Positions 1 through 20,408 of a DNA stretch of 64,000 nucleotides are shown piece by piece. A program made the position numbers and the translations under genes. Where the stretch lies: NCBI RefSeq assembly GCF_009914755.1, contig NC_060944.1; one strand, given 5' to 3'. The notes beneath the pieces were generated by a model, which saw only the letters and a list, made by a program, of their open reading frames with translations, was not told the DNA's origin and searched no databases. The first letter of the stretch is position 1. Every line of letters begins with the position of its first letter. The stretch comes from the human T2T-CHM13v2.0 reference genome, Homo sapiens.

Positions 1-39
1 CACCAACACAACATCCTAGTACCATCTCTCACCATCTCT

Positions 40-400
40 AAGCTCTACTTTCCTTTAGGTTGGTTTTATTGTCAGGCAGGCATCTTCCCACTTTGAGATA
101 AACACTGTTGTCAACAGTTCTGAGCTCACATGGTTCTTACACTTGTGTTCTCAAAGTAAATAGAGCAACACCTCCTGGGCAGCTCTACCCAAAGCCCCAG
201 AAAGGACTCTTATTGGCCTGGCTTTAGTCATGTGTCTATTCTTCAACCAATCACTATAACCAGGGAGATGACTTGCTCTGATTAGTCATCTGGAGTCACG
301 TGGTCACCCCTGAGGTAGGAGAGGCAGGGCCATGAAATTGACAGCCCCTATGGATAAGGAAGGAAGAATTCCAAGCACACAAAGCAACAGATGACTTCTA
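40..400. mobile_element. Old MaLR LTR fragment (MLT1J/K/L-like)
   Basis: 'ggactcttattggcctgg...tcatgtg...ccaatcact...ctctgatt...gtcacgtg' is typical of MLT1. Confidence 0.6.
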
Positions 401-689
401 CCACAATCTTCAACATAATGGATGTAAACTCCTGTTCATGCCTTTCAACAGAGAAACTTTAGAACCATGTTTGTGAAATGGACCCTTTTTTCTCCAGGGA
501 GGTTAGAGCAAATTCCATAAAGCCAGTCATTCCCAATCTTGGCTATAAATCAAAATCCCCTTGGCATGCTTCCTAAAAATACAGATGCCTGGACCCGTCC
601 TCAGACCTAAAGAAGCAGAATCTGAGTGGTTGTGATTAGGGAGGGTATATAAAATTTTAGGTGTAGAATGGTAATAATTTTGCCCAGGC

Positions 690-1290
690 AGCCTATATGC
701 CCCCTTTCCATTTCCCACTTTTCCTTCTGAAACTCCTTTCACCAGGTTTCAATCCATGTGGTTGGGGGATAATACTGTCCCCCTACCAAGAATGAGCACA
801 TAACCCAGACCTGATTGATCAGAGAATTTGATCCCTCTGTCCATAGCAATTGGTTCAGGGATAGGCATTCAGTGCAACCTGAGCCAGTGAGACCGAAACC
901 CAGCATTTTGTTGGAAATTTTGGGAAACAGAAGCCCTCTTTTTTGTTGGAAGCACTAGCCATGAGGGTAACATGAGCCTACAGTGGCCCAGGGGCCACCA
1001 CATGGCGAGGTCCCCCCTAAGAGTAAAGCTCAGTAGGCAAAGTAGAGCCCAAGGGGAAAGAGATGATTCCAGAGATTCTTGAGGAAGAAGCCCAAGAACG
1101 GGCCATCAGACAGAAGACCCAGAAAGCAGACAGGACCACAGAGAAAGCAAGCCAGAGTCCTGAAAACATCCTCCATGGCCTGACTCTCCTCTGGCCTTAC
1201 AGTTAGTTAGGAGACCCTCTAACCTCCCTCGAGAGAAAAGTCAGTTCGAGTTGTGTTTTTCTATTCCTTACAAAGGAGGTGAGGCTTCCT
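690..1290 (+). mobile_element. ERVL LTR (LTR16-like), preceded by a MER5 fragment (~525-680)
   Basis: 'ccatgtggttgggg...ttggttcagggatagg...gagccagtgaga...ttgggaaacagaagccctc' resembles LTR16. Confidence 0.55.
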
Positions 1291-1319
1291 AAGTCTTTCA
1301 TGTGGTTGAACATGTTCCA

Positions 1320-1690
1320 AAGTTTATTCATTCATTCAACAACAGTTAATTGAGTGTCTACTATGTGCTCAGCACTATCCTACACACTGAGGATACAGCA
1401 ATAAATAAAACACACAAACTCCCTGTTCTCTTCATAGCCCAAGTTTCTTTTAAAAAGCAATCATGTTCTCTCATTTTTAAAAGTATCACCTTTACTTTGA
1501 AGGCCCTGAGTAAGTATGTGGCTGACCAAGCCCTTGCAATTAGAGGAACATTAATGGCGCCTTCTTCCTGACCTGTGCATTCTTCCTCCCAAGGAATCTC
1601 TTTGTCCACTTGTCCATTTCCATTTGGCAAGGCCTTTCCCTTGAGGGAGATGAGAGCCATGGCCAGATTCTGAGTAGAGGAGGGATGTGG
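1320..1690 (-). mobile_element. L2 3'-end fragment interrupted by a 209-bp duplicated segment
   Basis: 'ttcattcattcaac...ttgagtgtctactatgtgc...ccctg' lies before 1424 and 'tgagggagatgagagccat...tgagtagagga' after 1632. Confidence 0.65.
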
Positions 1691-1829
1691 AATTGGACCT
1701 TGGACAAGTCACTTCAGCTCTATGAGCCTCATTTACCTCATCTATGAAATAGGGGTGAATCCTGGTAGGCAAACACCACAGTAATAATTGCTGCAGGCAA
1801 GATCCACCCGTGAATGCTGAGATTAGTGG

Positions 1830-2475
1830 GTGAAAGTTTGTGGATTAACAGGAAATTCATGTAGTCTCAAAGTATCACCTCCAAGATATTTATTCATTAC
1901 AAAAGACAACCAAGTAACTTTACGCAAGAGACACCCAGTAGATGCCACCTTAACCAAGTGATCAAGGTTAACACTACCAGTAATAAGAAATATTGGCATC
2001 ATGTAGCCCTTCATGTGATTACCTGAGGATACAATATCACTTCTTGCCAAAAAATGCTCAACGCAAATCTAATCATGAGAAAACATCAGACTAGCCCAAA
2101 CTGCAAGACATTCTACAAGATAACTGACCACTACTTATCCCAAGAGTCAAGGTCATGAAAAACAAAGAAGGCAGATAAGTTGTCACAGACTAGGGGACAC
2201 TAAGGGACAAAACATCTCAACGCAAAGTGAAATCCTGGATTGGATTATGGTACAGAAAAAGGACATGAGTGGAAAAGCTGATGAAATATGAATAATGTCT
2301 GTAGTTTAGTTAGTAGTATTGCACCAACGTTAATTTTCTTGGATTAATGTTTGTGCCATGGTTATATAAGTTGTTAAGACTGGGGAAGCTGAGTGAAGGG
2401 TAAATAAGAAAGCTCTGTACTATTCCTGCAACTTTTCTGAAAGTCTGAAATTATTTCAAAATACAAAATTAAAAA
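1830..2475 (+). mobile_element. L1MC4/L1MC5-like 3' end
   Basis: 'caccttaaccaagtgatcaaggttaacact...aatctaatcatgagaaaacatcagac...tctgaaattatttcaaaata'. Confidence 0.75.
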
Positions 2476-3088
2476 TTGGACTGAATACCAGTTCTTACTG
2501 TGTAAGGATGGTATGCAGATTAAGCATCCATCAAGTCCTCAGCGCAGTGCTGGATAAGCATTCTGTAAACAATAGCAAGCATTGCTGCGAGCTTCATAGC
2601 AAGCATTGCTGCAAGCTTCTTTACATCTGTTATCAAGCACTTACTCATGGAGCACCCACACGCTCACCGCTGCCCAGTGGCTTTCTCTGTCTCTTGCCCT
2701 CATCAGTGAATTCTCTATTTGGGACTGAATAAAGAGGATTCTGCAAATCAGTCCTGAAAACAAGAGTTTAAACAAAAGCAAACTGTACTACTCTGATTAC
2801 AAAACAGAAACCAAGAGTGCTCCTGAGTGCTGAATGGAAGGGACTCATGACTCCGCCCCTCCACCCCCGGAAGCAGATGAAGCAGATGACAGAATTTATT
2901 TGAACTGACTGCTGAATGGAACAGACTCACGACCCCGCCCCTCCACCCCCGGAAACAGATAGCAGAATTTACTTGGAAAGGTCTTAGAGGAAAACGAATA
3001 AGGCATCTATTCTTGGATTGACTAGCCAAAGTGTCGACGTCAAAAGCGCCATTTTTGGTTTTATCCAGGGTCTCATTCTCCCCTAAAT

Positions 3089-4280
<1,192 letters not shown>

Positions 4281-7200
4281 GTGAGTATGTGGCTGACCAA
4301 GCATTTGCACTTAGAGGAACATGAATGGCGCCTTCTTCCTGACCTGTGCATTATTCTTGCCACCTCCTCCCAAGGAATCTCTTTGGCCACTTGTCCATTT
4401 CCATTTGGGAAGGGTTGGTTCTATTCAATGTAGCATGGCCACAAAGTTGTCATCTGGTCCTCCCTGGCTGTGCCCTCTCCATGGGGTCAGAGTCAACAAG
4501 GCTAAGGGACTGTGCCTATCCACAGCCCACATCCAATCTCCCAGACCATGCACCCTAAGATCCTGGAATTTTCTCCCAGAGCTGTGGGAGACTCTTCCCC
4601 AGGGCTATCCTCTGTCCTCCTAAGAGCAGATTACATCCCCCATGTACACACCCTGCAGTCCAAGGAGAAGCCAAAGGGTGGTCAGAAGGCTTGGACATGA
4701 GCTGGCAAGTACAAACACTTGTGCACAAGACCTTCATGATGTAGGATGGAGCTGGAGATGGAATACAAAAGGGAAGTGGGCTATGGGCCAGATTCTAAAG
4801 AGTTCTGAATCTGAGCCTGGCTCACCAGGTCACTGTGAAGCCATGTTTGCAAAAGGAGAAAGCTAGCACATATTTTATTGAATATTTTGATATTTAGTCA
4901 TATGGTAAGTGGACCTTTTGTACTCTTGCCCTGGGTCCTACAAATTGATTGGGACAGGCTTGTCACCTGCTGTTGTCTTTCAATTGCCTCCTCTCCGTGT
5001 GCAGCCACCTCTGAAGGTCATTTGATGAGCCTTTTCTTATCTCATGCAAGTGTCCAGCAAACTCTCATTTGAACTCTTCTTGCAAGGTCTCTAGGCAGCT
5101 CCTAGCTTGCAATAAGATGGTGCCCCAGGATTTATACTCTCCCAGGTAGAGTCCACGGTGCTGACTGATCCAGTGAATGCTCAGTTGGGTGTGAATCTGA
5201 AAGTTCAGATCTACCAATAGGAGATGATTTGCTTTGGGGAACTGGGAAAGGGAAACGTTCTCAGCTCCTTCCAAAATCCAAAAACCCATTTCAAGGGCTG
5301 CTGCTCTACTGACTTCCGCCTGCCAATGTGAAAGGTATTCCAAAAATGTGGAGGGGAAATGAAAAGCTGTCTTTAGAATGGAGAGGGTAGACCAGTCATT
5401 TCTAAGTAGCATCAGTTAACTGATGTAACTTCAGCGCATCACAGAAGTAAATGAATGAGGTAAAATGTTTTGTTTACAACCTCTCACCATTGGAAAACTC
5501 CAGCTCTTCCTTCTGGATGTCTCAAACACCTTGAAAGCCCCAAGACTTGTGACACACAATCAGAGGGGGCACCACGGCCCACTGGAATAGTAAATCTCAG
5601 TAAAGCTTAATGTCTTTTGCTTTATTTTAGATTAAAATAATACTCAGAAGTGAAAGGGCTTATGTTGTCTTCTTTGGTGTCAGTGGATAATCCGACTTAC
5701 TCTACCTTGGCAATACTCCCCTAAATTATGAATTCCAATTGGGGTAGCTAAAAAGCCTCGGAAAAGACTTTCTGCTAAAATAGATGCCAGACAATCAAGA
5801 TTCCTCCAGGAAAAGAATAAAAGTTAATAGTACATGTTGGTCACATAGTTGAAAAGAAATTTAGAGAATTTCAACTTCTGATAATAAATGTGGAGAAATA
5901 GAGGTAGGGTCACAGAAGAAAGAGGAATTGCTTAGAAGTCAGGAGACTGAGAGCCAGCTTCTGTTCATCCCCTTCCTAATTGTGTGATTGTCTCAGTTTC
6001 CCTATTTGTAAAATCAGAGGGTTAGACTTGATTCTCTCCAAGTTGAAAACTCAGATATGCATCAAATTTAGGGCTGTACACTCAAATTCTTATGGGGGCT
6101 AGGGAGTAAAGATAAATGAGTGACAGGGGCCAGGTGTGAGACAATAAGGAGTGGTGGAGACTGGGGTGAACTAGAGATATAGCCCCTACTCAGCTGCAGC
6201 CAGCTGATTCCATTTAGGCAGAAATATAAGCCTAGTGTTGTAGTGTTGACAGTTCTCCCACATTTTTTAGAAGTCAGGAATCCAGATATTATATAAAATT
6301 TCCATATTATTAATGATGGCATTTATTTCTTAAAAATCATTTTTGAAACACTATGCTGCATAAACAAATCTCCCACGAAACCAGTTTGTGACCCATTGCT
6401 TCAGAAGACTTCAATGCATTAACTACATTTCAACTTCATTGGCAACAATTGCTGGAAAGTTCTTCATTTTGCCCTGTCCTCACACCTTTATATTTACTTC
6501 TGCCGAAGATGTTTATTTGCCTGGGAAGTGGTTCCCTAACAGAAACATTTGTTTTAACTGTTGTGGCAAATCATCTATTTGTTGGGAGAGGTGGAAAAGA
6601 ACAGCTAAGACCTTTTTCCCCCACAAACATTTCTTTAGGCCAGCTTACGAAAGCCTTTGCTGATCGGTTTTTCTCTGTAACAGGGCCCAGCATTGTCTTG
6701 GGATGGGAAGATGCCCATCTGTGTGGATGGGGTACAAATTTCCATCCCAACACTGCAGATCCAGCACCTGATGAGGAGCCCTGAATAATCACAGTGGAAG
6801 TTCCACTCAATGCTAACACTTAGCAGCCATGTGAAGACTCATAACCCTCTCTTCCTCTTTCTCTCACCCATCTCCATTAGCTGGGCCTGCGTCTTGGTTG
6901 ACTTTGCCGTATTTATGAAACAATATCAGGTTAATTCCTATCCTCTTTGCTTCACATGATTTCATGCAAATAATCGCTGCCTACGTGCACATTTCAAAAG
7001 GGACCCTTTTAAAAATTTGATCCTTCAAACTTAACTTTGCCCTCCAAGCATTCCAGACTCACCCAGGGCCTCAATTTTTAATATATTTGCACAGAAAATT
7101 ATGGAAAAAATGGAATCTAAACAATGGACTTGATTTTTAAAAATAATCAGGCAGGAATTAATGTTTCAAAATAATTGTCTAGAGGTGATTCAATTTCACA

Positions 7201-7443
7201 TGCTCTTTAAATATGTATTTTTCAGTGCACTATGGCTTGAAGGGATGATTTCAAATTAGTGTATATAGCAGGCTGTGAATCATAAAAACTCTTATAGTTA
7301 AGTTTTTCATTTCTTTGCTGCAAAACTTCATTTCAAAACTGAAATTTTACCTTCCTGGTAAATCTCCTTTCCTCCCCTGCCAAAATAATTTTATCAATAC
7401 AAAAATAAAGGATTGGCTTTTAATAAGTACAACTTAGAGATTT

Positions 7444-8590
<1,147 letters not shown>

Positions 8591-9327
8591 AATTTATTTG
8601 GAAGGACTATTGCAAAATTTATCAAATTATAGAATTTTAACAGAGAGAATTTTTAGCTCAACCCTTTTGTTTAACGTGTGAACAACTGAGAATCAGAAAT
8701 GGAAATAGTCACAGATCAAGTTAGTGATAAAGCCAGGAACAAGTTTCCTTTGGCCCTTTCTGTGATATCAAGCTTCTTCCCTGTAAGGAACCACTGGTAT
8801 TGACTTTTTCTCTTTTTCTCTCTCTTTCTCCATATATATACATATATATATACACACATATATATATATGTATATATATGTATATGTATATATAACGATC
8901 ACTCTGTCTCTTTTTCATATGAATACATTTATAAATATATAAATTTAAAATATAATATATGTAAATACATACATATATTATTATTGTTGAATCTTCCCAT
9001 TAAAAAAAGGTTGAACGATTTACATATCTCCCAATACTTGATGGGCAAATCCATTTCCTCACAATTGCACACAAATCTGTTATTATTCACCTTTTCCTGT
9101 TTATCAATCTGCAGGTACAAAAGGATATTTTGGTGTGTTTTATTTTAGCCATTCCTAATATTTAAGCAGGCTGAACACCTTGCTTAATGCTTATTGGTCA
9201 GTTCTATTTCATGGTTTATTAACTGCATGTTCTTACTCTGTTCACTGTTATACTGGGTTGTCTGTCTTCCCTATTGATTTGTAAGAATTCTTGATAAATG
9301 TGTCCTGAGTTATTAGCAGTTTATGTG

Positions 9328-10598
<1,271 letters not shown>

Positions 10599-10849
10599 TA
10601 TTTGGTCTCTTTACGCCAACACTTTTCCATTTTAATTATCATAGCTCCCCTATCTATCTTGATATCTGGTCAGGTAATTTGTTATTCATTTTTAAAATGT
10701 CCTTGTCAGATATTTCCTCCTTCGGATGAATTATAGAACCAGCTTGTCACCTTTGAAAAATCATTTGGGGCTCTTCCTCTGCCATTTTTTTCCCTTTCCC
10801 CTTTGCCTTTCTTCTTTTCTCTTCCATTCCTGATCAATTCAATGCAAAA

Positions 10850-13000
<2,151 letters not shown>

Positions 13001-13004
13001 TGGT

Positions 13005-13340
13005 ATATCAATAATATATCATATAATATGTAATACTATATAGTATACACATATATACTATACTGTAATAGTATAGTATTTAATAGTATAATAGTACAGT
13101 ATTATATAGTATAATATACTATATAACTATATAATACTATAATAGTATAGTATTACATAGCATAACATGCTGTATAATTATATAGTTATATAGCATATTA
13201 TGCTATGTAATACTATATATATTATAGTATTATATAGTATATGTATAACAGTAGAGCAGGATATTATACTATATAGTATTATATATACTACATATTGAAT
13301 ATATAATTGTTTTCTTTTGAAATATATATTTTATATGTAT
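13005..13340. repeat. AT-rich low-complexity repeat with an internal palindrome
   Basis: TATAG/TATTA-type units. 35-bp inverted arms at 13146-13180 and 13183-13217. Confidence 0.85.
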
Positions 13341-13415
13341 ATATGTTTTCTTTTCTAAAATATATGCTTTTCCAGATCTTTTTAATGTACAAGTTATTTC
13401 AAATAGTCCTCTGAA

Positions 13416-13785
<370 letters not shown>

Positions 13786-15204
13786 TAAAGATGTCTTTCT
13801 GTCACAGTGGTCAAACTGATACCTTCATTAATTCAGTCACTGAATGCTGAAAGAGAATTCTAGGTAAAGGAAGAAATCATTCCAATTTGGGAGATCATAA
13901 AAAGATTATTTTGTTTGATCTTCCCAATAATCTTGTAAGAAGGTAAGTTTGCATGTTGGTATTTAACTGCCATTAATGTTGTAGGTTGCTAAAAAATGCT
14001 TACGGTACAGCTATTTTTCCCCCTTTGGGATTTGTCTACGCTGTTGGAGAGGGCAGGCCAAGGGATTCAGTTCTGCTGAAGGAACCGGGGAAAAAATGCT
14101 GTCCAAACCAACTGGGGTTTTGGCAATGAATGCACATTTGTTCACCAGTTGAGCATTTGTTTAGATTCCTCTGTTTTGAAAAATTAAGTGGTTCAGTATT
14201 TTAAATTTGTTCCTAAGCCCAGTATAATGAATGACCTTTCATCTTCTTAGGTCACTGAAAAGAATTTTCTTGTGTTTGTGGCTAATTCCTCACTGGCAGA
14301 GGCCCAGACAGGGGACAGGAGGGACGCTCAGGCTGCTTAAGTCAAAAATAAACACAGGAGGAGGGAAGGACCCCGAATGTCCCGTGTTTGTTCATTTTCA
14401 ATCATCCACACTGTCATGTGTGAGTTTGGGTGGTTTTGTATACAGAATAAGCTGTACACACATTCTAGGAAATAATTTTGAATGACTAAAGTTGCAATTT
14501 ACCAAACCTTGTTTTCCTCTTGAATTTTAATGTTTCCTTTTCAAATCTGTGATTCCATTTATAAGAATAGAATAACAAAAATCAGTCACTGTGTTTGAGA
14601 ACGTCATTGATTAATATTTGGTCTCATTTATAAACGTAGCCTTCAAACATTTAACATTTAAATGCTTTCAAATACTTTAAACTGCATTTCTAAATTTGAT
14701 ATTCTGGACTTTGTTTTCAAGTACTTCAACTGTCCAACACTTCTGCTTTCCCAAGTAAGTACTTATAAGTCTAATAAATCACATTTCTACAAATCTTAAA
14801 CTCTTAAATGTTCCAGTGGGTACATGTTAGCTTAGTAAGATTTCTGCTTTAAAATGGCACATTTAAGCAATGGTTTGATTCCATTTTAAATTACGATTAA
14901 CAAGTTTGACCAACATGTTGTTCTTATAGACCGAAGCCTCCTAAACATAAGGCTCTTAAAGTATGTAAATTGTTAAATATAAATTATTCCTTTTTAACAA
15001 AAAGAATAGTAATTCAGTGATGATGCTGAATTTGTCAAATATGTCCATGTTTATTTCTGAATCTTATCTCTGTTACACATGCTTACAGATAAAATCACTT
15101 TCCCATGGAGGACATTCCTATAAATAACTTTAAATATTCCTGGAGTTTAAAGATGCTTCCCTCCTGGGAGATTATCATATTTCTGGGTACTCAAGGTTGC
15201 TTCC

Positions 15205-15830
<626 letters not shown>

Positions 15831-15834
15831 TTTC

Positions 15835-17575
15835 ATATTTGTATTCACCATATAATTGAAGTACAATAAACTGGAAATACTTAAAGTGTTAAATTTTTTT
15901 ACCATTTTTGACACATGCACCATGAAACCATCACCGCAATCAAGACACTGGACTTTTCCGTCACCCCCACTGGTTTCTCTGTGCCTCTCTGTAATCCATT
16001 CTTCCCTTCACTCCCACCCACAGGGGACCATTGATTTGCTTTGTGTCACTATACATTAGTTTACATGTTTAAGAAGTTTACATAAATGGGCCAGGCATGG
16101 TGGCTCACATATGTAATCCCAGCACTTTGGGAGGCTGAGGTGAACAGATCTCCTGATGTCAGAAATTCAAGACCAGCCTGGCCAACATAGTGAAACCTGT
16201 CCCTACAAAACATACAAAAATTAGCCGGGTGTGGTGGTGCAAGCCTGTAGCCCCTGCTACTCGGGAGGCTGAGGTGGGAGAATTGCTGGAACCCAAAAGG
16301 CAGAGGTTGCAGTGAGCTCAGATCCTGAGATCACACCACTGCACTCCAGCCTGGGTGACAGAGTGAGACCTTGTCTCAAAAAAAAAAAAAAAAAAAAAAT
16401 TTTTACATAAATGGAATCATGATTCTTTTTTGGTAGGGAAGGTTCTGCCTTTTTCACTCAACATCATGGTTTTGACATCCATCTGTGTTATATGTGTATC
16501 AATAGTTCATTCTTTTTTATAATTTAATAGTCATTTATTGCATGGATATACCACAATTTGTTTATTCATTTACCTGCTGATGGACATTTAGACTGTTTTT
16601 AGATTTGGGCTGTTACAAACAAACTTGCTGTTAACAATCGTATACAAGTCAAGTCTTTGTGCGGATTTGTGTTTTCCTTCCTGTTGGGTGTCAAATAGGT
16701 GTGTCAGATGACAGAGGGATGTGCAACTTTTTAAGAAACTGCCAAACTGTTTTGTAAAGTGGTTACACCATTTGACATTCCCACCAGCAATGAATGAGAG
16801 TTCTAGCTACTCTACATCTTGCCAGCACTTGGTCTGGTCAATCTTTTTGTTAGCCAATATATTGAATACACGGTGACATTTTATTAGAGTTTAATTTGCA
16901 TTTCCTTGATTATTAATGTTGAGCATTTCTTTATGTGCCTATTGACCATTTGTATATCATCTTTTTGAAGTGCTGGTTTGAAATCTTTGCCCATTTTAAA
17001 AATTGAGTTAATTGTCTTCTTAATTGTTGAGTTGTAAAAGTTCCTCATAGATCTGTTATAGATTCCTTATAGATTCAGAAGATATGTCTGATACATCACA
17101 TGTCTTTGATACTCAGAACATGTACAACACATGTATCAGACACATCTTCATATATCTGTTATAGATTCTGTTATATGGATAGATTCCTTATAATATAGAT
17201 TCCTTATATGTGTGTATATAATATGTGTAGGTGTAATCTCAGCTACTCAGGAGGCTGAGGCAGGAGAATCACTTGAACCTGGGAGCCCGGGAGGCAGAGA
17301 TTGCAGTGAGCCGAGATCGCGCCACTGCACTCCAGCCTGGGCAAACGAACCAGACTCTGTCTCAAAAAAAAAAAAATTATAAAACTTCCAGAAGAAATCA
17401 TTGCAACCTCGGGGTAGGCAAAGGTTTCTTCGAACACAAAAAGTACAAACCATGAAATAAAATATTGATAAACTGGACGACATCAAAATTTAAAACTTTC
17501 GTTCTTCAAAAGACAAAATTGAGAAAATAAAAGGCAAGCCATAGATTGGCAGAAATCTATCACATATATCAGAGA
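15835..17575 (-). mobile_element. L1MB-like 3' region with an AluS (16089-16399, +); its distal part (17377-17570) is inverted
   Basis: Typical L1M antisense text 'tggatataccacaatttgtttattcattt...ccattt...ttcccaccagcaatg'. Alu TSD tttacataaatgg. Confidence 0.8.
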
Positions 17576-18802
17576 CATTTTCTTATATCTGTTATAGATT
17601 CTGTTACAAGGATAGATTCCTTATAACAGAGATTCCTTATAACAGAATTGGAGGTTAGAAGCAAGATGGTTAAGTTGGATCTCTTTCACTGTCTCAGTCA
17701 TAATTTTGCAAAGGTGGTTCCAGGCAGAGAGACCATCTGTCCCAGTTTGCTGGGGACAATCTTAGTTTATGCTTTGTTATTAATGCTCCTTTTGCTCTCA
17801 AAAGTGTCCCACTCTCAAAAGGTCTCTAGACCTCTGACCTTGAGGGACTCCTATAGTCTCTTCAGGTACTCCTTACGTCTTCAGGACCACAAAATCTTCT
17901 AGAATTTAGAACAATATCTGTTGGGGTTCTGGGGATCTCTGATGTCTCTCAGTCCTTGCTTCCGAGATAATTCCACCGATGCACGCTGAGATCAGTTGAC
18001 TCCATTCACCATCCAAGACATTATATCCAGCTAAAAGCCAGCAAAAAGACAAGACAAATGTATTAAAAAGCCTTCTGGCTTCATTCTATTTGTTTTTACT
18101 CTCCTGGGAAAAGAGAATGCAAAAAGTGACAGATCTTGGAAGGAAATGGCCAGGAGGTGTAGAGATTCTTGTGCTTAGCTGAGAGGGCCAGCGTGGAGCT
18201 GGGTGAGGAGGTCACAGAGGAAGAACAGTTAGAGGAGAATGCTGTTTTAAACAGGGTGGTCAGGGTCTCTCTGGGGTAGAGGCATTTGAGCAGAGACCTG
18301 AATGGAGTGAGGGTGAAAACCATAGGACTATGTCAGGAAGGGGTAGTGCAGGCATAAAGAGCAGCATGCCTGGGTGTCTCAAAGGTCCCTCTTCACATGA
18401 GTGAATTAACATCTCCCACCGAACACTGGTGATCCTGAAATTCTGATGCTCTGCCAGAAAATGCACCCAAGAGTTGATTTCCCATTGTTTTAAATGGGAA
18501 ACATTATAATGCATGACAGGTCAACCCAAGCCCCCAACACCCCAATCCTCATGGCCTAATCACTTCTTCAAGATCCTGGGCTCAAGAGATCCTCCTGCCT
18601 TGGCCTCCCCAAGTGCTGGCCCACTTTCTTGATAATGTTCTCTGCAGCAAAAAAGTTTTTAACTTTGATGAAGTCTAATTTATCTTTTGTTTGTTTGTTT
18701 GTTTGTTTTTTTGAGACAGAGTCTCACTCTGTTGCCCAGGCTGGAGTGCAGTGGCAAGATCTCAGCTCACTCTCTTAAAATAGAGCTAAGCACTTAAAAT
18801 GC

Positions 18803-19475
<673 letters not shown>

Positions 19476-19981
19476 CATGTCTACCAGTAAGTATCAAAGC
19501 AGTAAAATGTTTCAAACATAGCTTCCTGATCACCAAATCATCAGGAAAGTTTTCAACAAATAATTGGTTTGTCTGTGGCAACACAGCCACATCTGATTGC
19601 ATGTCCCTTTCATTGCTCCTTAGTGTACTTTTCTAAATGTGATTCTGATGTTCTCTCAGTGGTAGTTGACATGCTGCTTTTCCTGCATGGTGTTTTGATG
19701 GAGATGCTAACTCTAATTTGGGGGATACAAATATCAGTTTTTCTTTGTAAATATTCATCTGATAATTGTGAGAAATGTGCCTTCTATGAAGTTTGAGTAT
19801 TAAAAACAAAGTCATTTTATTGGAAAACTACTTACTGAAGAGACATTTGAAGCATCCCTGTATTTGTCTGCTTGGGTTAGGAAGGACGTGAGATTTCTCT
19901 CTCTCTGTCTCTCTCTCTCTCTTTTTTTTTTTTTAATGTTTGCAAAAAGCCCCTGCCCATCCCCACATACACACTGTATCA

Positions 19982-20408
<427 letters not shown>

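Noticed and set aside
5557-5575. CTCF-like AGGGGGCACC
   Set aside because: The 5' half of the core motif does not match.
15017-15060. C box (GTGATGA) ... D box (CTGA) snoRNA-like arrangement
   Set aside because: Only ~44 nt, intergenic, and with no independent terminal stem.
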